This document shows positions 16,579 to 24,654 of a stretch of 31,069 bases of DNA, in pieces. Source of the DNA: a virus (taxonomy: Duplodnaviria; Caudoviricetes); IMG/VR virus record IMGVR_UViG_3300017716_002761, positions 1 to 31,069 of that record; one strand, given 5' to 3'. A model generated the notes under the pieces. The model was not told the DNA's origin. It made no database searches and saw nothing but the letters and a program-made list of their open reading frames with translations. Numbering within the stretch: position 1 is the stretch's first letter; every line of letters begins with the position of its first letter. The position numbers were made by a program, and so were the translations under genes.

Positions 16579-16584
16579 AAATAC

Positions 16585-16659
16585 GGTGCTTGAGGCAGAC
16601 GGTAAGTCGCGGGACTGCAAATCCTTGAGAACCCAGTTCGATTCTGGGAAGCACCTCCA
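16585..16659 (+). tRNA. tRNA-Cys(GCA)
   Basis: Loop CTGCAAA, U73, CCA. Confidence 0.88.
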
Positions 16660-16778
16660 TAGCCATGGATGATCATAGGTACTATCCGTTATTAGGTGGC
16701 CACCCAATAGCATATAGTCACAATCCTATGTCATTTGCGCCCAATATCTGTGCGGGCGACTCAATTAAAGGAAATCGT

Positions 16779-17024
16779 ATGCCAAAAAGTCCTTCTTATG
16801 CCGCTGGTAATGTTAATATGAAAGGCAAGAAGTATAAGCTCAGATCCTGTGGTTGTTGTGTGTGTCTTGACTTTCGTGATCGTGAACTTGAGAAAGAACA
16901 CAAGAAAGAGATAAGCGAAGCGCAGTTCATCAAGGATATGAGATGTGTGGGTGTGCCAGAAGAAAATATTCCATGGCATATTGATCTATTTCGAAAAACA
17001 AAAAAAATTCAAAATGAACTTTGA
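16779..17024 (+). CDS. Hypothetical protein (CGCCVC motif)
   Basis: ATG 16779 after AAGGA. Confidence 0.55.
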   Translation: MPKSPSYAAGNVNMKGKKYKLRSCGCCVCLDFRDRELEKEHKKEISEAQFIKDMRCVGVPEENIPWHIDLFRKTKKIQNEL

Positions 17025-17220
17025 TGACCCTAATTTCAAGAGTGAGTTCTGGCGTTGGTTTGATAACATCACACCCGCTGAACGTAAGAAGTTCAAAGAA
17101 TATTCTGCTGATATGGCTGAGCTTTTTTTCTACAATAAATATTTTAGTAAGGGTATTTGTTATGATGACATCGAAGCAAGTGATACAAAAGAGACTAACT
17201 ATAGAACTAAAGATATCTAA
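17014..17220 (+). CDS. Hypothetical protein
   Basis: MNFDDPNFKSEFWRWF; overlaps both neighbours. Confidence 0.5.
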   Translation: MNFDDPNFKSEFWRWFDNITPAERKKFKEYSADMAELFFYNKYFSKGICYDDIEASDTKETNYRTKDI

Positions 17221-17476
17221 ACTTGAAGATAAGTTGACCGATCTCCAACATAATTGCCCTCATCATAATTTAAGATATCGTGGTTGTGGTAGTTCTGGTG
17301 GTTGGGATTATGAAGGTACATATTGGTATGATTGGTTTTGTCCTGACTGTGATAAACGTTGGAGAACAGAACAACAATCTCATATCGAGAAAGATATACT
17401 GAATAAATATCCTAACGCAAAAAAGATTGATAAATACGATAACAGCAAAGAATATGATAATTTTTTGGTCAGGTAG
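17162..17476 (+). CDS. Hypothetical zinc-finger-like protein
   Basis: Coiled N-terminus, CPH...CPDC; stop codon lies inside tRNA-Arg. Confidence 0.55.
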   Translation: MMTSKQVIQKRLTIELKISKLEDKLTDLQHNCPHHNLRYRGCGSSGGWDYEGTYWYDWFCPDCDKRWRTEQQSHIEKDILNKYPNAKKIDKYDNSKEYDNFLVR

Positions 17477-17543
17477 CTCAACTGAATAGAGCACTCCGCT
17501 ACGAACGGAGAGGTTGAGGGTTTGAGTCCTTCCCTGATCACCA
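17467..17543 (+). tRNA. tRNA-Arg(ACG)
   Basis: Loop CTACGAA, variant T-loop TTTGAGT, CCA. Confidence 0.9.
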
Positions 17544-17560
17544 TTGTTTATTGGGTGAAG

Positions 17561-19093
17561 ATGTATAAGAAAATACTTATTTTTGGTGATTTTATTAGCT
17601 CATCCGGAGCAGTGTTTCTCAAAAGTGCTGCTACAATGAGGTTGTCCTATAAGCTTAGGCAACTAGGGTACATCGTTAAACAAGTACATCATTGTACATC
17701 GTTTAATAAAGATGAACTTAAAGTCATTGTCGATAAGTTTTCTAACAATGAACCTGTTCTAATTTGTGTAAGTACATCGTTTCTATCTTCTCTAAAGAGA
17801 AAAAATGCTTTGTACGCTGATCTATTGGATAAGCATAAATCTAAAGGTGCATTTTGGGGTGATCGTAGCTTCCTGTTCCTGATTAACATCGGTAAGATAT
17901 GTAAGGAAAAAGGGTTTCCTTATCTACTAGGTGGTTGGGAAGTCAGTGAAGATAAGATGATCAACGCGAATCATCAGTGGGGATTTGATGTTCTCAATAT
18001 GTTCGTCACCTACTATGTGACTGGTAAAGACATCGATGTTATCGAGCGTATCTGTAAAGATGAACCTGTTACAGTTGAAACAATTCAAGGTTCTAAGGTA
18101 GCGAAGTCTGCTGAGTTAGTTGACTTCAGTGATTGTGCAAGTACACCTGTTCTTGATGATCATATTGCCCATGGTGAATCTCTAGTCAGTGAAATTGCTG
18201 CTGGTTGTATTTTCAGCTGTTCGTTTTGTAACTACGCTGCTCTTGGTAAAAAGAAAAACGAATATCTTCGTACATTCGAAAGCCTTGAAGCTGAGATCGT
18301 TAGTAACTATAAGAACTTCGGTACAACTCTATACACTCTGACAGATAATATCATTAACGATTATCCTGAAAAACTTCGATACATGATTCGTATCAGAGAA
18401 AAGTATGGTATCGATTTACGTTGGGTAGGTTATGCTCGACTTGATACAATTAAAACTAAAGAGCATGCTCAGATGCTAAAAAACTCTGGGATGATTGGTG
18501 CTTCCTTTGGTATTGAAAGTTTCAATAAGGAAACTGGTAAGTACATTGGTAAGATGACTGAGAAAAGTAGGCTGATTGATTCTCTGGGTATGCTCAGAGA
18601 TGTCATTGGTGACACGGCTCTGGTATCTGGGTTGTTTATTGCTGGTCTTCCGCAGGAAACAAAGGAGAGCCTTCAAGAAACATACGAATGGTTGGAAAGC
18701 GATGAAGGTCGATACTACATTGACTCGTTTATCTTCACTAGACTAATGATTGAGATCGAGAATAACGATAAGAATGAGATTAACAAATCTCGTAACAACC
18801 CTTTTAGGGATTATGAATTTAGAGCGAAGTACAAATGGACTAGTCCTTGGGGAACGGTTGAAGAATACACCGCTCTTGCTTATAAGTATAATGCTAACAA
18901 GAAAAATCCATTGGTAACTTCTTTTACTCTTCCTTATTACAACAACATCGGTTATGACCCTGTTGATCTTGTTAAACTAACACGGAAAGTAGCAAGCGAA
19001 GGTGGTGCCATGAGCATCGGCGAACACTATAACTTTCTTCCAGATCATACTAAATACATTAACCAATACAAAGATAAAGTTTTGCGGGTGTAG
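17561..19093 (+). CDS. Radical SAM protein (paralog 2)
   Basis: GCIFSCSFC. Start ATG 17561 (MYKKILIFGD) aligns with the starts of the paralogs. Confidence 0.88.
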   Translation: MYKKILIFGDFISSSGAVFLKSAATMRLSYKLRQLGYIVKQVHHCTSFNKDELKVIVDKFSNNEPVLICVSTSFLSSLKRKNALYADLLDKHKSKGAFWGDRSFLFLINIGKICKEKGFPYLLGGWEVSEDKMINANHQWGFDVLNMFVTYYVTGKDIDVIERICKDEPVTVETIQGSKVAKSAELVDFSDCASTPVLDDHIAHGESLVSEIAAGCIFSCSFCNYAALGKKKNEYLRTFESLEAEIVSNYKNFGTTLYTLTDNIINDYPEKLRYMIRIREKYGIDLRWVGYARLDTIKTKEHAQMLKNSGMIGASFGIESFNKETGKYIGKMTEKSRLIDSLGMLRDVIGDTALVSGLFIAGLPQETKESLQETYEWLESDEGRYYIDSFIFTRLMIEIENNDKNEINKSRNNPFRDYEFRAKYKWTSPWGTVEEYTALAYKYNANKKNPLVTSFTLPYYNNIGYDPVDLVKLTRKVASEGGAMSIGEHYNFLPDHTKYINQYKDKVLRV

Positions 19094-19116
19094 CTCAGTG
19101 GTAGAGCACTTCGTTG
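19084..19116 (+). pseudogene. 5' half of a tRNA (Gly-like) truncated in the anticodon loop
   Basis: GCGGGTG TAGCTCAGTGGTAGAGC A CTTCG TTG, then an abrupt switch to TATAAATA. No matching 3' half was seen. Confidence 0.8.
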
Positions 19117-19154
19117 TATAAATAGAACATAACAAGGAGAATGTTATGTTCTAT
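19117..19154 (+). promoter_or_regulatory. T4 late promoter plus start-codon-sequestering hairpin
   Basis: TATAAATA at 19117-19124; 13-bp stem ATAGAACATAACA/TGTTATGTTCTAT with AGGAGAA loop and the ATG in the stem. Confidence 0.8.
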
Positions 19155-19661
19155 ACGGTGTATAAAATTACAAATAAGATAAATCATAAATTCTATATCG
19201 GTATGCATCAAACTAAAAAGTTAGATGATAAATATATGGGTTCGGGCAAAAGACTAAAACTTGCTTATCAAAAATATGGAATAGAAAATTTTGCTAAAGA
19301 AATTCTACATGTTTTTGATAACGAAGAAGATATGAAGAACAAAGAGAAAGAGCTCGTCGTATTAAGCGAAATGAGTTATAATTTATGTGATGGTGGTAAA
19401 GGTGGGTTTGGTTACCTAAACCGTTCTGGAAAATCCCTTAGAACAGGAATGAAACATTCTGAAGAATCCAAAAAGAAAATGGGTCACTTTGGCAATTCCT
19501 TTACTAAAGGTAAGATATTATCAGAAGATCATAAGAAAAGAGTTTCAGAAGCTATGAAAGTAGCATTGAAAAATAAACCAAAAAGCGAAGAACATAAGCG
19601 TAAGATTTCGGAAGCAATCAAACGTAAACATGAACAAAGAAAACAAGCGGAATTAGTTTAG
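19146..19661 (+). mobile_element. Free-standing GIY-YIG homing endonuclease 2 with NUMOD3 repeats
   Basis: VYKITNKINHKFYIGMH, YMGSG; repeats HSEESKKKM, LSEDHKKRVS and KSEEHKRKIS. Confidence 0.9.
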
Positions 19662-19720
19662 GGGCAAAACGAAACCTTGCCAAGGTTTAGTCACCAGTTC
19701 AACTCTGGTATTCCGCTCCA
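19647..19720 (+). tRNA. tRNA-Gly(GCC)
   Basis: Acceptor GCGGAAT/ATTCCGC, arm AAACC-TTGCCAA-GGTTT, U73, CCA. Confidence 0.9.
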
Positions 19721-19725
19721 ATAAT

Positions 19726-19802
19726 GCGCGTGTGATGGAATTGGTATACATACCAGTCTTAGAAACTGGGTCTTGCAGGTTCAAGTCCTGCCATGCGCAC
19801 CA
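19726..19802 (+). tRNA. tRNA-Leu(UAG), short variable loop
   Basis: Loop CTTAGAA, A73, CCA. Confidence 0.88.
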
Positions 19803-19820
19803 ACATACTAAGGAAATACA

Positions 19821-19949
19821 ATGCAACAAATGACGCCAACTAAAATATTCCGCAAAGCACAAGCTGGTTACGAAATTGCTAAGGTAGGATTGTTTTTATT
19901 TTGGCTTCCTATTATATCAATTGCTATAGCATATTTCTTTTTTAGCTGA
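19821..19949 (+). CDS. Small membrane peptide, 42 aa
   Basis: AAGGA RBS, MQQMTPTKIF...LFLFWLPIISIAIAYFFFS; stop lies inside tRNA-Thr. Confidence 0.55.
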   Translation: MQQMTPTKIFRKAQAGYEIAKVGLFLFWLPIISIAIAYFFFS

Positions 19950-20020
19950 CTTAGCTCAGATGGTAGAGCACATCCATGGTAAGGATGTGGTCATCGGTTC
20001 GATCCCGGTAGTCAGCACCA
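19945..20020 (+). tRNA. tRNA-Thr(GGU)
   Basis: Loop ATGGTAA, CCA. Confidence 0.93.
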
Positions 20021-20022
20021 TT

Positions 20023-20099
20023 GCCCATATAGCCCAATTGGTAGAGGCATCGGTCTCAAAAGCCGAGTGTTGTGGGTTCGACTCCCTCTATGGGCACCA
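20023..20099 (+). tRNA. tRNA-Leu(CAA), short variable loop
   Basis: Loop CTCAAAA, A73, CCA. Confidence 0.88.
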
Positions 20100-20105
20100 G
20101 TTAAT

Positions 20106-20181
20106 GCTCACTTAGTGTTGTTGGTCAGCACGCATGATTGTGGATCATGAAGACTTGGTTCGAATCCAAGAGTGGGTACCA
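20106..20181 (+). tRNA. tRNA-His(GUG), alphaproteobacterial type
   Basis: Loop TTGTGGA; T at -1, G1:U72, A73. Confidence 0.9.
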
Positions 20182-20211
20182 AATATAAAGGAATAAAGTT
20201 TCAATAATAAC

Positions 20212-20301
20212 GGAGAGTTGGCCGAGTGGCTTAAGGCACACGTTTGCTAAATGTGCGTAGGGGAAACTCTACCGTGGGTTCGAACCCCACACTCTCCGCC
20301 A
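20212..20301 (+). tRNA. tRNA-Ser(GCU)
   Basis: Loop TTGCTAA, long variable arm, G73, CCA. Confidence 0.95.
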
Positions 20302-21157
20302 ATTTATCTACTATTTCTTGAACAGTTTTGATGTGGTCAATCTTTTGTAAAGCTTTACCTGCAAAAATATGTCCACCAATTCCATTAATACCTTGATTTA
20401 AACTCAAATTATTATTACAATCGTCATGTTCGACTGTTGAAAACACAATAGCATTTTGAAATCCATCAAAACCTTTTATTGGTTGTATCGGTTTATTCAA
20501 AGCAAGCTGTTTTGTTTTTTCTGATATACAACTTTCTTTGCTCATAGCAAAAAGAGTTCCAATGCCAATTGCATCACAATATGTTTGTATTTTAAAAATA
20601 TCGTTTCGATCTGATATTCCTCCTGATGCAATTAATAAAAGGTCAGGATACATTTTATGCATAATCTGAAGAAGTTCAGATAGAGATTGATTTCCATCGC
20701 CGATATATCCGGCAGATTCATTTCCCTTTACTATTAAGAAATCTAAACAACTATAAATTTGTTCGTGGTGTTTGTCTACACTGCAAGCACGAAACCATAT
20801 TTTCACACCTCTTTTTTTAAGAGCTACAACAGTTTTTTTTGTTAAATCATCACTAATTCTTAAAAACTCTACATGAGTTATTCCATACTTAAGTATAATT
20901 TCAATTATAATTTTGTAATGTTTCACAAATAAATTTTCTGACATTGATAGAAGTAAATTGCAGTGACCGAAAACCTGATGGAATATTTTAAGATCCAGTT
21001 CTAATCCTTGAAATCCTCTGTCTTTAATATTATTAGAACAGAAAAAACTGGGTAAGCATCCTGAAGCTGCTACGGCTAATGCTAAGTTTAAATTTGAAAC
21101 ACCATTCATAGGCAAACATACAATGGGATGCTTTGTACTAAATACAGATGAGTTCAT
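20231..21157 (-). CDS. Nitronate monooxygenase / FabK-like FMN TIM-barrel oxidoreductase
   Basis: PIVCLPMNGVS..LALAVAASG, KGNESAG, IASGGI and IGTLFA.SKE. Confidence 0.82.
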   Translation of the reverse strand: MNSSVFSTKHPIVCLPMNGVSNLNLALAVAASGCLPSFFCSNNIKDRGFQGLELDLKIFHQVFGHCNLLLSMSENLFVKHYKIIIEIILKYGITHVEFLRISDDLTKKTVVALKKRGVKIWFRACSVDKHHEQIYSCLDFLIVKGNESAGYIGDGNQSLSELLQIMHKMYPDLLLIASGGISDRNDIFKIQTYCDAIGIGTLFAMSKESCISEKTKQLALNKPIQPIKGFDGFQNAIVFSTVEHDDCNNNLSLNQGINGIGGHIFAGKALQKIDHIKTVQEIVDKLAESVGFEPTVEFPLRTFSKRVP

Positions 21158-21180
21158 TTGTAACCGTTGAGATATTCATA

Positions 21181-22248
21181 ATGAGTATAATATTTAGCCC
21201 TGATAAGTTTGGTTACTATCAAGTCGATACACCCGATACTAAAATTACAACGTACAGTAAATTCGAAGCGTTCGAACATAAAAAACAACATAGTTTGATT
21301 AGCTGGAATTTTAACGATGACATATACAGCTCTTTAGATTGGACCAAAGAACCAAAAACAGATCTTTGGGAACTGTACAAGCAACGTGCTAGACAAATTC
21401 GTGAAGCTTATGACTACGTTGTTATCTGGTATTCAGGTGGCAGCGATAGTCACAACATGTTACTAGCGTGGATTGATGCTGGTCTTAAAATTGATGAGAT
21501 CGCCACGACATGGAACTACGAGGCTACTGGAGATAAACAAAATCATCAGAATGCTGAGATAACCAATGTAGTTTTACCTGATGTTCAAAAGTTAAAAGAT
21601 TCAGGGTATGATTTTAAATTTCGACTAGTGGATATTTCCCAGTTGTGTGTTGATCTTTTTTCTTTATGGAAAAATGATTTCGAATACAACGTCAACTTTC
21701 ATTTCAGTCCTAACAATCCTGCCAAACATATTATCCGAGATAAGGTTCAAGATTATAAAAATCTTATCGCTTCAGGTAAGAAGGTAGCCTTTGTTTGGGG
21801 TAAAGAAAAACCACGAATCAAAACTCACAAAGGTATATACTACTTTCAATTTCTTGACAATGTAGATAACTGTGTTGGACCTTATACTCAGCGACGTTAT
21901 TATCAAGGATGGTACGATGAATTATTTTATTGGTCTCCAGATTTTCCGCTTATCCCAATCAAACAAGCTCACATAGTTATTAACTATGTCAAAAATAATG
22001 ACATAAGTATCAATGATGAACTTCTTAAGTATCTTTTATATCCTAAATGGAGTAGCTCTATTTTCAACAATGGAAAAACTTCATCCTTCACTTACAGTGC
22101 CAGAGATGAATGGTTCCTAAAATCGAACTTAGATAATCTCAAAAAATTTCACAGTATTACTGATTATTATTTCGAAACTATTAATCCTGATGACACAATT
22201 CGTCGAAAAGTAAACCCCTTGTTCAGTAAAAGGTATTGGTTAGAATGA
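21181..22248 (+). CDS. PP-loop (adenine nucleotide alpha-hydrolase-like) protein
   Basis: YDYVVIWYSGGSDSHNML (SGGxDS). Confidence 0.68.
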   Translation: MSIIFSPDKFGYYQVDTPDTKITTYSKFEAFEHKKQHSLISWNFNDDIYSSLDWTKEPKTDLWELYKQRARQIREAYDYVVIWYSGGSDSHNMLLAWIDAGLKIDEIATTWNYEATGDKQNHQNAEITNVVLPDVQKLKDSGYDFKFRLVDISQLCVDLFSLWKNDFEYNVNFHFSPNNPAKHIIRDKVQDYKNLIASGKKVAFVWGKEKPRIKTHKGIYYFQFLDNVDNCVGPYTQRRYYQGWYDELFYWSPDFPLIPIKQAHIVINYVKNNDISINDELLKYLLYPKWSSSIFNNGKTSSFTYSARDEWFLKSNLDNLKKFHSITDYYFETINPDDTIRRKVNPLFSKRYWLE

Positions 22249-22469
22249 ATTCGTTTTATGAAACTCAGTGGAGAACTATCGCTAAAATCACAACTTGGCG
22301 TATCCTCTTAACCATTATGAATTTTACATACACTTTCGTTGCTACAGGTAGTTGGAAAGCAGGATTAGCTGTTGCTGGTATGGCTGCTATCTTTAATACC
22401 TTTATTTACTGGGGTCATGAACGTGTTTGGAACAGGTTTGGTTGGGGTAAGAAAAACTCGAATGAATAA
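22245..22469 (+). CDS. DUF2061 membrane protein
   Basis: ET.WRTIAK..TWR and YWGHERVWNRFGWG. Confidence 0.82.
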   Translation: MNSFYETQWRTIAKITTWRILLTIMNFTYTFVATGSWKAGLAVAGMAAIFNTFIYWGHERVWNRFGWGKKNSNE

Positions 22470-23055
22470 AAAACATTTGAAATTATTCTCGACTCCGGTC
22501 AGTGTATATGACGTTCCTGAGTATGAAGAGATCAACAAACACATTCTCCCACTGGCTGATAACAACCAGTGGGGATTCAAAAGGAAGAAGCAGCTATGGT
22601 CGATTCGTCAAAGCAATGTAGGGCTGAGTAAGCTATACGCTTATTTCCTTTATATCTCAGCGCAATATGTCAACCATCATTACAACTCTAACTATCAACC
22701 AACAGATTTTGATCTTGTTCACGGCTGGTTAAACACTGCTCATGTAGGCGAATATCAACGACCTCATGATCACGGTGGTGTTTCGCTGGCTGTTACATAC
22801 TATGTGCAAGTTGATTTAAAATCAGGAAACATAAATCTATATGATCCTCGAGGTAACAGAGGATGGATGGGTCCACAAAAGGGAGAGTTCTCTAACAACG
22901 AAAGAGAATCTCACTTAGTATACGAGCATACACCTGTCATTGGTCAAGCTATCATATTCCCTGGATGGTTGTTACACAGCACAGAAATGAATCGTTCTGA
23001 TACAACTCGAATATCTGTAACATCTAATGTCGCTCTCCGTGAAAAATACATATGA
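22462..23055 (+). CDS. Putative 2OG-Fe(II) oxygenase (TIGR02466-like)
   Basis: LFSTPV, W.N, HDH, YYVQ, DPR, IFPGWLLH and RIS. Confidence 0.85.
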   Translation: MNKKHLKLFSTPVSVYDVPEYEEINKHILPLADNNQWGFKRKKQLWSIRQSNVGLSKLYAYFLYISAQYVNHHYNSNYQPTDFDLVHGWLNTAHVGEYQRPHDHGGVSLAVTYYVQVDLKSGNINLYDPRGNRGWMGPQKGEFSNNERESHLVYEHTPVIGQAIIFPGWLLHSTEMNRSDTTRISVTSNVALREKYI

Positions 23056-24653
23056 TCAAAAAGATAATTCTCTTCGGAGATTTCGCTAGTAAAGACTTTG
23101 ATGATTTTTGGTCCAGAGACTATGTGTTTCTTAAAACATCAGCGCTCACACGTCTAGCTTACATGTTGCGAGCTAAGGGTTATGAGGTCAAACAAGTCCA
23201 TCATTGTACCTCATTCAATAAGGATGAGCTTGAGTACATAATGAAGGAATTTGCTCAGGGTGAAAAGGTTCTCATAGGATTATCATCTTCTTTCATAACT
23301 TCGATCAATCGAATTGATTATCGTTTCCATGCATCCGATCGTAAAGATTATAAGCAAGAGGATGTTGGTAATTTTTGGGGCGAACCTGCTTTCAAATTTT
23401 TCCTTAACGTATGTTTGTTAGGTAAGAAAAATCAGTTCCCTATCCTTATGGGTGGGTTTGATATTATGAGATACAAATTTAAAACTACAGAAGATCGAAG
23501 AGCTTGGGGTATGGATTATCTCAAGCAGATGGTTGACTATTTCGTTATGGGTAACAACATCGATGTAATTGAAAATGTTTGTAACAATCGACCAGTCAAA
23601 CACTTCACTATGGCAGGCGCTAGGATTGCTACTTCAGAGGCAGTTACAGACTTTTCTGATTGTGCATCCACACCTATCTATGATGATCATATTGGTCATG
23701 ATGAATCTCTGATAACAGAAATCGGCGCTGGATGTGTGTTCTCGTGTTCTTTCTGCACCTACTCTTTGTTAGGTAAGAAAGCTTTTGAATACACAAGAAC
23801 ATATGAAAGTTTGAAGAAAGAAATCGTTTCTAACTACGAGAATTTTGGATCTCGGTTCTATCAATTGACTGATAATATGGTCAATGACTATCCGGAAAAA
23901 TTAAAGTACATGGCTAAAATCCGTAATGATACTGGCATCGATTTACGTTGGGCTGGTTACGCCAGACTGGATACCATCAGAAAAAAAGAACACGCTGAAA
24001 TGTTCAAAGAATCTGGATGCGCCGGAGTTATCTTCGGCATTGAATCCTTCAACAAGGAAACAGGTGCATACATCGGCAAAATGACTGATAAAGATAAACT
24101 TATGGAGTCACTCAATCTGTTTCGTGATGCTGTAGGCGATACAGCTATCGCTTCTGGTTCCTTCATTGCTGGTGCTCCTAAAGAGTCTAAGGAACAATTG
24201 GCTAAAACGTATGAATGGTTGTGTTCCTCAGAAGGTAAACACTATCTAGACCATTTTATTTTCACACCACTGTTCATTGTTCCGGGTGTAAATGAAACCA
24301 ATGACATAACCAAATCTAGGAACAATCCTTTCCGTGATTATGTTCTCGATAATGGTGAAGATGGCAGAAGAGGAACAGGATGGACTAGCCCATGGGGAAC
24401 TTATAAAGAGTTCCAAAATTTAGCTATTCATTACAGCAGAGCTAACAACAGATCTGTTACTGAAGCGGAAGCGGCTCATGCTATGAGAGGTGTTTTCGCT
24501 CTTCCTATTCTACATAATCTTTTTGAAGGTAAGATTGAGGGTGTGGTCAAAAGTATTCGCGAAGGTAAAAAAATCAATGTTGAGTATAAGGAACAGCTTA
24601 AGTTTAACAATAAGAAAGCTATTCAGGATTACAAACTGAAGTTGTTAAAGTAA
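23052..24653 (+). CDS. Radical SAM protein (paralog 3)
   Basis: GCVFSCSFC; motifs shared with paralogs 1 and 2. Confidence 0.88.
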   Translation: MIKKIILFGDFASKDFDDFWSRDYVFLKTSALTRLAYMLRAKGYEVKQVHHCTSFNKDELEYIMKEFAQGEKVLIGLSSSFITSINRIDYRFHASDRKDYKQEDVGNFWGEPAFKFFLNVCLLGKKNQFPILMGGFDIMRYKFKTTEDRRAWGMDYLKQMVDYFVMGNNIDVIENVCNNRPVKHFTMAGARIATSEAVTDFSDCASTPIYDDHIGHDESLITEIGAGCVFSCSFCTYSLLGKKAFEYTRTYESLKKEIVSNYENFGSRFYQLTDNMVNDYPEKLKYMAKIRNDTGIDLRWAGYARLDTIRKKEHAEMFKESGCAGVIFGIESFNKETGAYIGKMTDKDKLMESLNLFRDAVGDTAIASGSFIAGAPKESKEQLAKTYEWLCSSEGKHYLDHFIFTPLFIVPGVNETNDITKSRNNPFRDYVLDNGEDGRRGTGWTSPWGTYKEFQNLAIHYSRANNRSVTEAEAAHAMRGVFALPILHNLFEGKIEGVVKSIREGKKINVEYKEQLKFNNKKAIQDYKLKLLK

Positions 24654-24654
24654 G

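Noticed and set aside
17522-17560. TTG start for radical SAM 2
   Set aside because: It lies within tRNA-Arg; alignment with the paralogs supports ATG 17561.
19084-19720. Group I or other intron interrupting tRNA-Gly
   Set aside because: Joining the 5' half to the downstream 3' half gives a non-pairing anticodon stem (CTTCG vs GGTTT). There is no room for a ribozyme core, and the downstream tRNA is complete on its own.
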